DNA of 64,000 bases from the human T2T-CHM13v2.0 reference genome, Homo sapiens (GCF_009914755.1 NC_060939.1), one strand, 5' to 3'; positions 1-22,654 are shown, numbered from the stretch's first letter. The notes: generated from the sequence alone by a model not told the origin. Made by a program: numbers and translations.

Positions 1-61
1 AAGAAAACATATTTTGTACCATTTCAGTTGAAGAAAATGTAATGGAAGAAATAAATTATCA

Positions 62-190
62 GGCTGGGCACAGTGGTGCGTGCCCATAGTCATAGCTATT
101 TGAAAGGCTGAGGTGGGAGGACTGCTTGAGCACAGGAGTTCAAGACCAGCCCGGGCAATATACCAAGACCCCATCTCTAAATAAATAAAA
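62..190 (+). mobile_element. Alu left monomer (FLAM/AluJ-like)
   Basis: GGCTGGGCACAGTGG start, B-box GAGTTCAAGACCAGCC, ends in A-rich TAAATAAATAAAA. Confidence 0.85.
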
Positions 191-869
191 TGTTAATAGT
201 TGGCAGGCCACATGTAGAATGAAAACCTCTCACCTTATACAAAAATCAACTCAAAATGGATCAAGGACTTAAATCTAAGACCTGAATAAAAATTCTACAA
301 GATAATGTCAGAAAAACCCTCCCAGGCCTTGGCTTAGGCAAAGACTTTATGACCAAGAACCCAAAAGCAAATGCAACAAAAACAAAGATGAATAAATGGG
401 ACTTAATTAAAGAGCCTTTGCACAGAAAAAGAAAAAATCAGCAAAAAGACAACCCACAGAGTGTAAGAAAATCTTCACAATGTGTATATCCAATAAAGGA
501 CTAATATCCAGAATCTACAAGGAACTCAAACAAATTAGCAAGAAAAAAACAAACAATCCCATCAAAAAGTAGGCTAAGGACATGAATAGACATCTCAAAA
601 GAAGATACACAAAAGGTCAACAAACATGAAAAAATGCTCAACAGCATTAATGATGAGGGAAATGCAAAACAAAATAACAATGTGATATCACCTTACTCCT
701 GCAAGAATGGCCATAAAAAAAATCAAAAAAATAATAGATGCTGGCAGGGATGTGGTGAAAAGAGAACACACTTTGACACTGATGGTAGGAATGTAAAATA
801 CATTCACTATATGTAAAATACAACCACTATAAAAAACAGCATGGAGATTCCTTAAAGAACTAAAAGTAG

Positions 870-1121
870 GGCAGGTGCGGTGGCTCACGCCTATAATCCC
901 AGCACTTTAGGAGGCCAAGGCAGGTGGATCACCTGAGGTCAGGAGTTCGAGACCACCCTGACCAACATGGCGAAACCCCATCCCTAATAAAAATGTAAAA
1001 ATTAGCTGGGCATGGTGGCACGGGCCTGTAGCCCCAACTACTCAGGAGGCTGAGGCACAAGAATCACTTGAACCCGGGAGGCAAAGGTTGTAGTGAGCCC
1101 AAATTATGCCACTGTGCTCCA
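870..1121 (+). mobile_element. AluS, 3' end/tail lost
   Basis: Dimeric Alu consensus up to CCACTGTGCTCC, then L1 resumes. Confidence 0.85.
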
Positions 1122-1616
1122 ACCTGCACAACAGGGTATCACCCAGTTGCCACTACTGAGTACCTACCCAGAGAAAAAGAAGTCATTTATACAAAAAAAG
1201 ATACTCCCACAGGCATGTTTATAGCAGCACAATTCACAACTGCAAAAATATAGAACCAGCCCAAATGCCCATCAATCAATGAGTGGATAAAGAAATTGTG
1301 GTCAATATACACCATGGAATACTACTCAGCCATAAAAAGGAACAAAATAATGGCATTCACAGTGACCTGGATGGAACTGGAGACCATTAATCTAAGTGAA
1401 GTAACTCAGGAATGCAAAACCAAACATCGTATGTTCTCGCTCATAAGCAGGAGCTAAGCTATGAGGATTCAAAGGTGTAAGAATGACACAGTGAACTTTG
1501 GGGACTTGGGGGAAAAGGTGGGAGGTGGGTGAGGGATAACAAATTGGGTATAGTGTATACTGCTCAGGCGATGGGTGCACCAAAATCTCAGAAATCACCA
1601 CTAAAGAACTTACTCA

Positions 1617-2217
<601 letters not shown>

Positions 2218-2399
2218 ACTTACTCATGCAACCAAGCATCACTTGTTCCCCAAAAAACTATGAAAATAAAAAATAAAACATAACGTGAATTATTGTATGA
2301 CACACTAGTATATGTGTATCAGCTTAGCCTGACCAGTAAGTACTCTGTACCTTCTTCAAAATTACTGTTTTCCTTTGAAAAACTATTTCTCCTCCTTGT

Positions 2400-2860
2400 C
2401 ATTCCATCTTTGTCATCGAACATAGTTTGAATGAACTGACCTCATTCCCCAGATAAGGGAGAAGAGAGACATTTGCTGTGACCCAGGCCCAGTCAATCAA
2501 TTTATTTCATTACTCTTAGCCACAGTGGCTGACTACTGAGATTCTGTACTGGAATTTTTGCTGCAACTGTCGGAAAAGAAGCTTTCTTCCCACACCAGGG
2601 CCGCTAAGCTAGAAAGATCTAAACCTACAGCTGCTGGCAGCCATATTCCCTGAATGCATAAAAGAAGGCTCTGCAATAAAAGAAAATGAAACTAACACAC
2701 ACAGCAAAATCTTATCAACATATTTGAGCCACTGAATCCAGTTGTGCCTCAAATAAGCTAGACCACTGAAATTCCTTGTTAAGTGTGCCAATCAATTCCC
2801 TTTTATTCCCTGAGCCACTCTGAGGTAGGTTTCTGTTCTCTACAATCAAAAGAACCCATT
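2400..2860 (+). mobile_element. Old MaLR LTR (MLT1-like)
   Basis: CTAAACCTACAGCTGCTGGCAGCCAT and terminal AATCAATTCCCTTTT...GGTTTCTGTTCTCTACAATCAAAAGAACCC resemble MLT1 LTR 3' ends. Confidence 0.45.
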
Positions 2861-3915
2861 ATAATGGGTAGTATTTCAGTGCAATACCCTTTGAGGATAC
2901 AGGTCGCCCTTGTTATCCAAATTCCTGATTTCAAAAAATCTCACAACCTAAACTCAAGAACCAAATACGTTTGAGTAAACTTCTGGAATTTCCTTCATTA
3001 TCTTGTTATTTGCTATGCAAACTTTAGGAAACAAACAGATTCAAATAAGGCAGTACCCCCTGACATTCAAATTCACTATCCAAACTGAAGAATTAAGCAA
3101 ACATGAATAGTGGGAGATAGCTGTAAAGTCAACCATGCAGAAATATGGAAAAGAATTTATAACGTAAAATTTTTAAATCTAGAAAATTGCACATAAAGGT
3201 ATACATATATTTTAAAATGGGTTAAAACACTGGGCTTTTGGGAAATCTTCACATTTTCCATCTATAGTTATAATCAAAAATAAGTTTGATATACATTACC
3301 TAATTTGAGTTGAACAGCAATTCTTAGACAAAAATAAACTATTACCTTTCAAATCAGAAAATCAAGACCTAAAGAGCAAAAAAAACTATGAAAATATACG
3401 ATAAAGATGACATTTCAAGTCAGCAGAGAAAAAACGATTACTAAATAAATGATGTGGGGATAGCTGACCATAAGAATAAAACAATACACGTAAAGAACTA
3501 AGCACATTACTGGCATTTATATAGCAATCAGACAATGCTGTATCTTTTATATAGAAAATTATTTAATATTCTTTTTATTCTCTATCTCAATGTAGACACT
3601 TCAAAAGTATATGCTAACAGTATATGCTAACGAGGTAAGAAAGTTGCTGTGGTTTAGCAGGGTGTGGTTCAGAATAGGCCAGCTTATGATGTTATTCACT
3701 GGACTGAGTTAGAAGGGACTAATTACAGAGGAAAACTGTGGTGAAGAAAGAAAACAGGGAATAAAGAGTTTCCTTTAAACTAGAAGTTCAGTTAAAGAAA
3801 TTAAAAAGTACCTAAGGATTTTTAATGCAGTGTTCTGTGCAGTGTTCTGCAGTGTGTTATTAAAATTTACTTTTCAAAATATATACATTAATTTTGTTTT
3901 TGCTTTTTTATCAAA

Positions 3916-5351
3916 AACTTTGATTCTGCTTTAGAAGTTTTACATAAATTAAAATCTTTATCAAATGTTAATATGAAGGGAGGCACAGGATGCAACATAT
4001 ATAGTCAAGTTACCTCTCTGTATATTTAGAAATTACTTTCTCCTCCAAGGTATTTGCAACAGAAAGCTCTGTCTGTCCTGCTTAATAATCAGTAGTACAG
4101 GTTGGAATCAAAGTTCCTCTTGGGGAAATGGCAAGTCTTTAGGACAGGCGAGACCCTGTATGAATAGTACCAAAGCATTACTGCATGGTAGAGAACACAC
4201 TCAATTAAAAATGTTAAGCTATCTGAAAAATAAAATGTGCAAGTCTTCAGGATGGCACAAAACAAAGGTTAATGCTTCTTGGGGCACATTTCTTAGAGGG
4301 CTTGCTGAGTGTGTAAATATAATCGACTTTTGTTTGTGTTACATGACTTCTGTGACTTCACTGAAAATCTGCACAATTCAGTTTCAGCTCTGGATTACTT
4401 CAGTTGACCTTTGTGAAGGTTTTTATCTGTGTAGAATGGGTGTTTGACTTGTTTTAGCCTATTACGTTTTTATTTTCTTTCACTCTGTATTAAAAGTAAA
4501 ACTTACTAAAAGAAAAGAGGTTTGTGTTCACATTAAATGGTTTTGGATTGGCTTTTTTTAGTGAGGCTTTCTGAACATTGAGATATCCTGAACTTAGAGC
4601 TCTTCAATCCTAAGATTTTCATGAAAAGCCTCTCACTTGAACCCAAACCAGAGTACTCTTACTGCCTCTTTTCTAAATGTTCAGGAAAAGCATCGTCAGT
4701 TCAGTCTTTTCAGAATGAGGGAGAAACATTTGCCTGCCTTGTAATAACAAGACTCAGCGCTTATTTTTTTAAACTGCATTTTAAAAATTGGATAGTATAA
4801 TAACAATAAGGAGTAAGCCACCTTTTATAGGCACCCTGTAGTTTTATAGTTCTTAATCCAAACATTTTATATTTCCTTCTTTTGGAAAAAACCTACATGC
4901 TACAAGCCACCATATGCACAGACTATACAGTGAGTTGAGTTGCCTCTCCCACAGTCTTTGAGGCGAATTACAAAAGTCCAGCCATTATCATCTTCCTGAG
5001 TTATTATTTTGAAATGATTTTTTTGTACATTTTGGCTGCAGTATTGGTGGTAGAATATACTATAATATGGATCATCTCTACTTCTGTATTTATTTATTTA
5101 TTACTAGACCTCAACCACAGTCTTCTTTTTCCCCTTCCACTGTCTTCTTTTTCCCCTTCCACCTCTCTTTGCCTGTAAGATGTACTGTATGTAGTCATGC
5201 ACTTTGTATTAATATATTAGAAATCTACAGATCTGTTTTGTACTTTTTATACTGTTGGATACTTATAATCAAAACTTTTACTAGGGTATTGAATAAATCT
5301 AGTCTTATTAGAAAATAAAAAATAAAAATAAAAAATAAATAAAAAATAAAA
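3916..5351 (+). pseudogene. 5'-truncated processed retrocopy of an mRNA 3'UTR with inverted 5' segment (parent recalled as SRSF10/FUSIP1, unverified)
   Basis: Non-repeat 3'UTR-like sequence; AATAAA at ~5292 then degenerate A-tail 5312-5351; 11-bp inverted duplication (3916-3926 vs 4105-4115) marks the inversion; no coding part. Confidence 0.7.
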
Positions 5352-10780
<5,429 letters not shown>

Positions 10781-11128
10781 TAGTAGCTCATTGTTCAAAA
10801 ATATTCACTTCTTATCCTTACATGCATTGAAGACTTATACTTCCGCAACCATGAATTTTGGCTACACCACAACTTAGTTTAAGGAGTGGAAGGTCAGCAG
10901 ACATGACATAAACACGTCTTGAAATATGCTTGAACAACTGGATATGACTTCTTGCATTTATGTTACCACTATGAAAAGAACATGTCCCATCTGGCCTACT
11001 GGTGCACATAAGAAGATGAGATACACACAGCAGAGCTGTCCCAGCTGACCCACAAATCCTTAACCAAGAAACAAATACTTGAGTACCACTGGAGATTTTC
11101 AGGTTAAGCAGTAATAGCTGACTAATAC

Positions 11129-11461
<333 letters not shown>

Positions 11462-11705
11462 CTAAATTATCCCATTTATATGAAGTTCACAAACAGACAA
11501 CATAAATCTATGGATACAGACACCAGAAGCATGGTTTCCTTAGCGGAGAGGAAGTTATATAGGCAGGGCACAAAAGGAAGGCCTTACAAAGTTTTATAAA
11601 CATTCTATATCTTAATATGGGTGGTGGATAACCGGTATATACATATGTAAGAAATTTTTAACTGTAAATACTGAAGATTTATGCACTTTATTGTATGTTA
11701 CATGG

Positions 11706-11810
11706 GAACTGCTTGAACCCGGGAGGCAGAGGTTGCAGTGAGCTGAGGTTGCACCATTGCTCTCCAGCCTGGGCAACAAACAGCAAAACTCCGTCTCAAA
11801 AAAAAGAAAA
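11706..11810 (+). mobile_element. 5'-truncated Alu right-arm fragment
   Basis: CTGCTTGAACCCGGGAGGCAGAGGTTGCAGTGAG...A tail. Confidence 0.85.
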
Positions 11811-11894
11811 CAACAAATTAGTTATTTGTGGTAAAAAGGAATCTGAGGGAAAAAAAGAAATAAAAGAGATTGGTTATTTGAAGTTAAACTGGTA

Positions 11895-12125
11895 TTCCAT
11901 ATAATAAATGTATTATTATACTGCAATCATTACATTATATATTACAATATATAATCATATATTAATACATTATATAATATATAGGTAATCATTAGCAATA
12001 TTGATAATTATATATTACATAATATCTTATATGATATAATCTATTAACTATATTAATTACATAAATTTATATTATAATCTAATATACTTATTAAATATAT
12101 TAATATTATTACTATATAAATTAAG
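11895..12125. repeat. AT-rich low-complexity (degenerate TA/TAT) tract
   Basis: Almost entirely A/T, e.g. TATATTAATACATTATATAATATAT. Confidence 0.8.
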
Positions 12126-12224
12126 ACTGTCTCAACATTATATTTTACCATAATCACTAAATACCTGAGAAAAGTACAAATATTAGCATCTGGTTTAAAT
12201 ATTATTCCCAATACTAATTAATTA

Positions 12225-12500
12225 ATTTATTTCATTTTATTTTATTTTTGAGACAGTCTCACTCTGCTGCCCAGGCTGGAGTCCAGTGGCGCAGTATCGA
12301 CTCACTGTAACCTCCGCCTCAGCCTCCCGAGCAGCTGGGATTACAGGTGCCTGCCCACACCTGGCTAATTTTCTGTATTTTTAGTAGAGACGGGGTTTCA
12401 CCATGCTGACCAGGCTGGTCTCAAACTCCTGACCTCGTGATCCACCCGCCTCAGCCTCCCAAAACGCTAGGATTACAGGCGTGAGCCACCATGCCCAGCC
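12225..12500 (-). mobile_element. AluS with short internal deletion
   Basis: Reverse Alu consensus with T-rich tail on the left. Confidence 0.85.
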
Positions 12501-13405
12501 CCCAATATTTATTTTTAAAATATTACACTATTTAAACAGTTTCAAAATAAACTAACCTTTTGCCCTTCTACTGGGACGCCACATGGAGACTAGACTATAA
12601 CCAAAACATGAATCTTAAATAACTTAAAATCTCTCCCTCCACAAGACATATTTCTATTGTTTGCAAAATGAGATTTTATTTTCTTGATAAAACAGTGTAA
12701 TATAAAGTACTTAGAAAGCTTCTGTGCTTTTATCCATTTAAGTAATACAATTCCAGAAGCTTCAAATGTTTACTCATTCTATTAAAAATCTTTTAAGGCT
12801 ATAAAAAAAAATTCATATTGTTTTACTCTGCAAATCTTCTACTCTGTAGAAACCCCCTCAAGTTTACTCATAAGAACAACACAAAGCAGAGTTTAACAGA
12901 ATAACTAAAAACCTTAGAATTCTTAGTGAAAATACATAAAAACTATTAGTAATTATAAATGATTTTCTTTTCTAAGTCATTTATTCTGAGATTTCCTTTT
13001 ACTAGTTTAACATACTTGCCTATAGGACTATCAAATCGCCCTTCGACAGTCCTTATAGAAAATAAGAATATTTCCAACAGCTTTCTCACTAGGCTTCCAT
13101 TCTCTACATAAAGATATTAAGTAAACATGCATCTAGTGAGTCCTATGAGATAAAGAATGTCCTACACCTAAGCAGTACTTCTCTGAAATTCTGTAATATT
13201 TATTTTACTAATTTTTTTAAAAAAAGCTTTATTGAGAATATATAGTTGGACACTGTGCTGTGTGCTTTATATGTATTACTTCATTTAATAAGAAATATGT
13301 GATATTATACCCATTTCTAGATTTAAAAAACTAATGCCATAGATGTGATGTTCCCAAGATACTACAACTACTATGTTGATGATTACAAACTAGATCCCAA
13401 TTTCT

Positions 13406-13696
13406 CTTTTTTTTTTTTTCCTTTTTGGGACAGGGTCTCATTCTGTTGCCCATGGCTCACTGCAGCCTTGATCTTCCTGGCTCAAGCCATCCTCCCACCT
13501 CAGCCCCCCAGGTAGCTGGGACTACAAGTGACAGCCATCATGCCTGGTTAATTTTTTTTATTTTTATTTTTATTTTTGCAGAGACAGGGTCTCCCTATGT
13601 TGCCCAGGCTAGTCTTGAAGCCTGGGATCAAGTGATCCTCCCACCTTGGCCCCACAAAGTGCTGGGATTACAGGTAAGAGCCACCATACCCAGCCA
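13406..13696 (-). mobile_element. AluJ
   Basis: Reverse Alu; TSD ATCCCAATTTCT on both flanks. Confidence 0.85.
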
Positions 13697-13759
13697 TATC
13701 CCAATTTCTTTACCAATATGCTACTCTTAGCACAAATAAGAACCATGGCAATAATTAAT

Positions 13760-14000
13760 GATAATGAATAACTGCATCAAACACTCATACAGCATTTACT
13801 GTATGTTTTAATCATTCCATCCTCATAACAACCCTAAGGAAAGGCACACTATTATGTCTTATTTTACAGATCAAGAAACTGAAGTACATAGACTTTGCCA
13901 CTTGTCTAAGGTTACAGGCCAGTACATGGCAGAGCTAGGATGTGCACATCAGCAGTCCAGCCCTAGAATCTGGGAGCTAAACCACTATGCCACTTTGCCT
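13760..14000 (-). mobile_element. MIR
   Basis: Core ATTTTACAGATCAAGAAACTGAAG...GGCAGAGCTAGGAT. Confidence 0.7.
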
Positions 14001-14755
14001 TTCACAAACTGCCTTATACTGCCTCATAGCTGATAAGGTATATATCATATCTCCTTTATGAACTCACAAGCTCTTAGGTAGCAAAGACCAAGACTTCTAA
14101 CCTAATCAGCATTAGACTTTTGCCAGCATAGGGACTGGTAAATAATAAAAAGAAACTAGAAGGTGCACTGAGGTCCTAAGGAAAGCTTCTTTGTAGTAGT
14201 GACTCTTGAGGTTAACCTTGCCACTGAACTCTACAATTGTATATGTAATTGTTTAGTGCATATTTGATAGTCTCCCCTACTAGTATATAGGCTTGTTAAG
14301 GGTAGAATATTTTTTTGTCTTTCCATCTGCTATACAACATTCAAAAATAAATAAAATAAATAATAAAATAATAAAAATTCAAAATGTTTGTTGAATAAAT
14401 ATGTGAAAAACTTTATTACAGAGGGTTATACTTCACAATCCCTACTATCAACAGAATCAATACAAGATCTCTAGATAAGAGATTCACAGCAATTAAATAA
14501 TTTGTGACAAACCACTTATCAGGTTATGGAAGCAGACAGGAGAATAGAAAAAGATAGTGATAGAAGGTAGAAACATGTATTACTTAAACCCAACAGTAAA
14601 TATAGGAGCAAAGTAAACAGTGACTCTTTTTTCTCCTTTAATTTGCATACTCATGAATTTTTATCCCTCCTTCATTTTCTTTCAGAATACCCTTCAGTTG
14701 AGTACCTCTTCTGACTTTCAATTAGAATGGGGGGGTGGGGCGCAGGGCCGGGGGA

Positions 14756-15388
<633 letters not shown>

Positions 15389-15510
15389 AATGAGGGGCAG
15401 GCCTCAATCTACGGGTTAATCCACTTATGAGCTCTACAAATATCTGCACATTTTGGAGGCCTTGTTGACAATATAGATATACTCAATGACACAATAAAAT
15501 ACTGAGACTT

Positions 15511-15620
15511 AGGCAGGAGAATTGCTTGAACCCAGGAGGTGGAGGCTGCGGTGAACCAAAACCGCGCCACTGCACTCCAGCTGGGCAACAAAGTAAGATT
15601 CCATCTCAAAAAAGAAAAAA
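15511..15620 (+). mobile_element. Alu right-arm fragment
   Basis: AGGCAGGAGAATTGCTTGAACCCAGGAGG...A tail. Confidence 0.85.
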
Positions 15621-16377
15621 AGACACAGTAATCAATGGAACAGAATAGAGAACCCAGAAACAAAGCCACATACCTACAACCAACTGATCTTCAATAAAGT
15701 TGACAATAATAAACAATGGGGAGATGACACCCTATTCAATAAATGCTGCTGGAAATACTGGCTACCCATATGCAGAAGAATAAAACTGGACCCCTACCTC
15801 TCACCATATACAAAAATTAACTCAAGATGGATTAAGCACTTAAATGTAAGACCTCAAACTATAGAAATCCTAGGAGGAAACTAGAAAAAAAATTCATCTG
15901 AACATTTGCCTAGGCAAAGAATTTATGACTAAGACCTCAAAAGAAACTGCAATAAAACCAAAAACTGACAATCAGGCTTAAACTAAAGAACTTCTGCATA
16001 GCAAAATAAAAATATCCACAGAGTAAACAGACAACCTACAAAATGGTAGAAAATATATGCAAACTATGCATCTGACAAGAGACTAGCACCTGGAATCTAT
16101 AAGGAACTTAAATCAACAAGAAAAAACAAACCATCTCATTAAAAGGTGGGCAAAGGACAGGAACGGCACTTCTCAAAAGATGACATACAAGCAGCCAACA
16201 AATATGAAAAAAATGCTCAGCATCACTAATCATCAGGGAAATGCAAATTAAAACCACAGAGATATCATCTCACACCAGTCAGAATGGCTATTATTAAAAA
16301 GTCAAAAAAATAAGAGATGTTGGCAAGTATGTGGAACAAAAGGGAACACTCACACATTTGGTAGAAATATAAATTAG

Positions 16378-16695
<318 letters not shown>

Positions 16696-16840
16696 AAATG
16701 TCAGTTAGTTTAACCCCTATGGTAAACAGTATGGAGATTTCTCAAAGAACTAAAAATTAAACTACCATTTGACCCAGCAATCCCACTACTGAGTATCTAC
16801 CCAAAGGAAAATAAATTTTTCTATCAAAAAGATACCTGCT

Positions 16841-17349
<509 letters not shown>

Positions 17350-18845
17350 AAAAGATACCTACACTCTTATGTTTATCACAGCACTATTCACAATAGCAAA
17401 GTTATGGAATCAATCATCAATGTAAGTGCCCATCAATGGCAGATTGAGTAAAGAAAATGTGATACATACACAAAATAGAATATCACACTACCATAAAAAA
17501 TAATGAAATCATGTCCTTTGCAGCAATATGAATGCAGCTGGAGGCCATTATCCTAAGTGAATTAATGCAGAAACAAAATGAAATACCAAATATTCTCACT
17601 TTTAAGTGGGAGCTAAGTAGCGGGTATAGATGGACATAAGGATGAAACACTGGGGACTCCAAGGAGTGTGAGGAGGGGAGGAGGGAAAGTCTGAAAAACT
17701 ACCTATTGGGTATTATGTTCACTATTTGGGTGATGGGTTCAGTAGAAACCCAAACTCCAGCGCTACACAATATACCCTTATAAGGAACCCGCACGTATAC
17801 ACCCTGAATCTAAAATTTAAAATAAAAAAAAAGACACCTTCACTCATATGTTTATTATAGCACTAGTCACAAATAGCACTGTTCACAAGTCATGGTCTCA
17901 ACTTAAGTGTCCATCAATGGACATTATTATTCTCTGACCTCCCTATAAGTAGACATATTTCCCTTTAAGACCAGTCATGGTTAGTAATCAATTCTTACTG
18001 AATCATCCTCTAATAATATGGATACTTAGGACAGTATGGAGATATTAACAAACCATTTGTTCCCACAAGCTGAAACTAAGCCATTACTTACCACCTTTCA
18101 AGTGTGACCATCCATTACTACATTAATACATTCACCTCTAAATATCATTAAGACTCAGATCAGCAACTTGTAACATTTGCCCCAAATACTTAAAAATCAT
18201 TCACTTGGTTCCTGTAACAAAAATGGATCAGAAGAGGTAATTATTTCAACCAACTACCGCCACAATTGTCAGGGTCCATGGAACATCAAAAAATTATAAC
18301 AAAATAATACCATCTTGCAACAGCCATTGTATCTAGGCATACCCCTGCTCTTTGTTCCATAGAGTCAACATATAACTCTTATTCACATCTCAAGGAATCT
18401 AACTTAAAATATATTCCATGGATGACCTCCTAAAAACTGAAAGAAATTTAGATTAAAAAGAGCCACACTTTGATTGAACAAATACATACCTATAGCTGAG
18501 ATTAGCTGTTTAACAATGGTTCAACATGGCAATGATTTTATAGCAAAAGTCCCTGGGGAGTTATAAAAACAGAAACCTAGCACTGATATACAGTAATCTT
18601 CTGATATAATTTGATATACAGTAATTTGGATAACTCTTACAGACCAAATTGAGGTATCTACTAACCGAAAGGAAACAAAAGGAAAGGCCACCAATGATAA
18701 GTATTATGTAAATATGGCAGGTATCACAGCCTAATAAAATTAAAAGACTCCACAAATTTTTGAAAAAACAGAAGTAGCTGTGTGACCTGGGACAAGTTAT
18801 TTAACTTCAAATATTATTCATTGGGATTTAATCATGGTCTACTTC

Positions 18846-18970
18846 TGGGGTCCACAAAACTTTTTCTCTATAAAGGGCCAGACTGTAAGTATTTTAGGTC
18901 TTACAGGTCATATGGTCTCTGTCCCAACTACTCAACTCTTCCTTTGCAGAATGAAAGAAGCTATAAACAA
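18846..18970 (+). mobile_element. MER58-like hAT-Charlie MITE fragment
   Basis: AAACTTTTTCTCTATAAAGGGCCAGACTGTAAGTATTTTAGG...CATATGGTCTCTGTCCCAACTACTCAACTCT. Confidence 0.7.
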
Positions 18971-19870
18971 AAATTTATCCTCACATCACCTGCCTTTACA
19001 CATAAAAAATGAAGTCTAGAAAAAAATTAACTGATGGAAATTTAGATTTGACTAGGTATTAATGTGTGATAATAATAATAAATTAACCATGCTCTCAGTG
19101 GAAATGAGAAAAGCAAGTCATCTCAGAATCCATCAAATTTGTTCATGCTATTAAAAACTTAGAATACCACCTTTTCAACCTGTACTAAACAAGAAACTAA
19201 TAAAATACTGAAAGTTCTTCCAGTTAGAATTTAAAGGTCACAAGGGAGAATCACTCCACTATATTAAAAAGACAAAGCTAAACTATAAAATCCAAATTTT
19301 AAAACTCATCGGAGAGCTGAGAATACAAAGAAGTCTGAAAAAAACAACAACAACAACAAAAAACAATTCCAGAAAGGAAAAAGCCCTTTCTAGGCTAACA
19401 GACAAGTGACTACTTTCAACTCTGAGATCATGGTGAACACAGGAATGAATAATCCTATAGACTGATACGATGGACCAAATTCCAAAGAAGTCCCACAAGT
19501 AAAGTTAATCAAAACAACCTAAAAATTCTTCCCCATGGAGCTTTAATAGAGTATACATCAATGTGCACTAATCTAGGGGTAGACTCGGAGGGCAAAGTGA
19601 GATGATCTGCAGAGTAGAAAGTCAAGTGCAGTGCTAAAGCAGAGAGATCCCCGGAACTTAGCTAAACTTAAATCTCAAGATCTATTGTAGAGTGAAGACT
19701 GAATCCTCCCTTAAAACACTTGAAACCAAAAATAACTACAGTTGCAGCTCAGCCCAGACATAACTCAATTCCATGTCAGAATTAATAGTTTAGTCCCTTT
19801 TTTGATCTGTCTGAGGAATTAGCATGTCTTTTCTCAGGAAGAAGCAGTTAGAAATTTCATTTTCACTGCC

Positions 19871-20388
<518 letters not shown>

Positions 20389-20561
20389 TAAATATATTTT
20401 GTCACAGAAGAAGAAATTTGGGGGAAAAAGAGCCAAATGGAAATTCTCAAGTAAAAAATATTTGAAAAGTTCACTAAATAGACTTAATAACAGATGAGAC
20501 ACAGAAAAGATCCATGAATTCAGAGAGGTCAACACAAACTATCCAAATTAAAACGAAGAAA

Positions 20562-20712
20562 GCCAGGCACAGTGATTCACGCCTGTAATTCCAGCACTTC
20601 AGGAGGCCAAGACAAGAGGACTGCTTGAGTCCAGGAGTTCAAGACCAGCCTGGGCAACATAGCAAGACCCCATCTCTACAAAAAAAATTTATAATAAAAA
20701 TAATAATAAAGT
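20562..20712 (+). mobile_element. FLAM/Alu left monomer
   Basis: Single Alu arm with A/TAA tail. Confidence 0.8.
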
Positions 20713-20848
20713 AAGAAATACTAAAGTAATTTCTTCAGACTGAAGGAAAATAATCTCAGACAGAAGTCTAGATCTGCAAGAAGGAATGAAGAGTACTAGA
20801 AAATATTGTGAACAAGACAGCTATGTCTACTGTTACCACTTCTGTTCA

Positions 20849-21404
<556 letters not shown>

Positions 21405-22328
21405 TTAAATACCATTTATAATATACTCAAAAAACAAACACTTAGCAATAAAATTAACCAGAATATGTGAAAGATCTCTAACGTGAAAACTATGAAACTT
21501 TGCTAAAAGAAATTAAAATCTCAATGAATGTAGATATACCATGTTCAAGAAGAGGAAGACTCAGTATTACTAAGATGTGAATTTCCCAAAACTCATCTAT
21601 AGATTCAACACAATCCCAATCAAAATCCCAGCAAAGTTACTTTGTGAATATTGACAAACTTATATCGTTTATATGGAAAAGTAAAAGACCAAGAATAGCC
21701 AATACAATATTGAAGGAGAAAAACAAGGTCAGACACTACAAGATTTCAAATTTACTATAAAACTACAGTAAATCAAGACTGGCAAAACAATACACAAACA
21801 GATCAATGAAACAGAAAAGAGAGTCCAGAAACAGACCCACACAAATATAGTCACCTGATCTTTGACAATGAAACAAAGGCAAGTCAATGGAAAAAGGATA
21901 GTCTTTTCAACAAATGGTGCTGGAAAAACTAGACAACTACATCCAAAAAAAAAAAAAATCTCAACACAGACCTTACACGTTTCACCAAAAATTAACTCAA
22001 AATGGATCGCATATCTGAGTGTACCACACAAAACTATTAAACTCCTATAAGACAGCATGGGGGAAAATCTTGGTAAACTTAGGCTTGGTGATGACAGTAT
22101 AAGAGAAAATCTTGCTAATCTCAGCCTTGGCAATGACGTTTTAGATACAACACCAAAAGCACAAACCATAGAAGAAATAATTGATAAGCTGGACTTCATT
22201 AAAAATAAAAACTTCTGCTCTGCAAAAGGCACCGTTAAGAGAATGAAAAGACAAGCCACAGACTGACAGAAAATCTTTGCAAAACACATATATGATAAAG
22301 GACTAGTATTCAAAATATACCTTAAAGA

Positions 22329-22654
22329 TGCCGGGCGCCATGGCTCACATCTGTAATCCTAGCACTTGGGGAGGCAGATGTGGGTGGATCATTTGAGGTC
22401 AGGAGTTTAAGACAAGCCTGGCCAACAGGCTGAAACTCCATCTCTACTAAAAATACAAAAATTAGCCAGGTGTGGTGGTGCATGCCTATAATTCTAGCTA
22501 CTCAGGAGGCTGAGGCAAGAGAATCACTTGAACCGGGGTGACGGCAGGGTGGTGGCAGGGTGGCGGGGGGCGGCGCGGGCAGAGGTTGCAGTGAGCCAAG
22601 ATCATGCCATTGCACTCCAGCCTGGGCAACAGAGTGAGACTCTGTCTCAAAGAA

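Noticed and set aside
4160-4447. 95-aa ATG ORF in non-repeat sequence
   Set aside because: Lies within 3'UTR-derived retrocopy sequence; no recognisable domain, promoter or splice context.
13021-13058. Small imperfect inverted repeat (TATAGGACT...AGTCCTTATA)
   Set aside because: Stem too short and imperfect for a pre-miRNA or MITE call.
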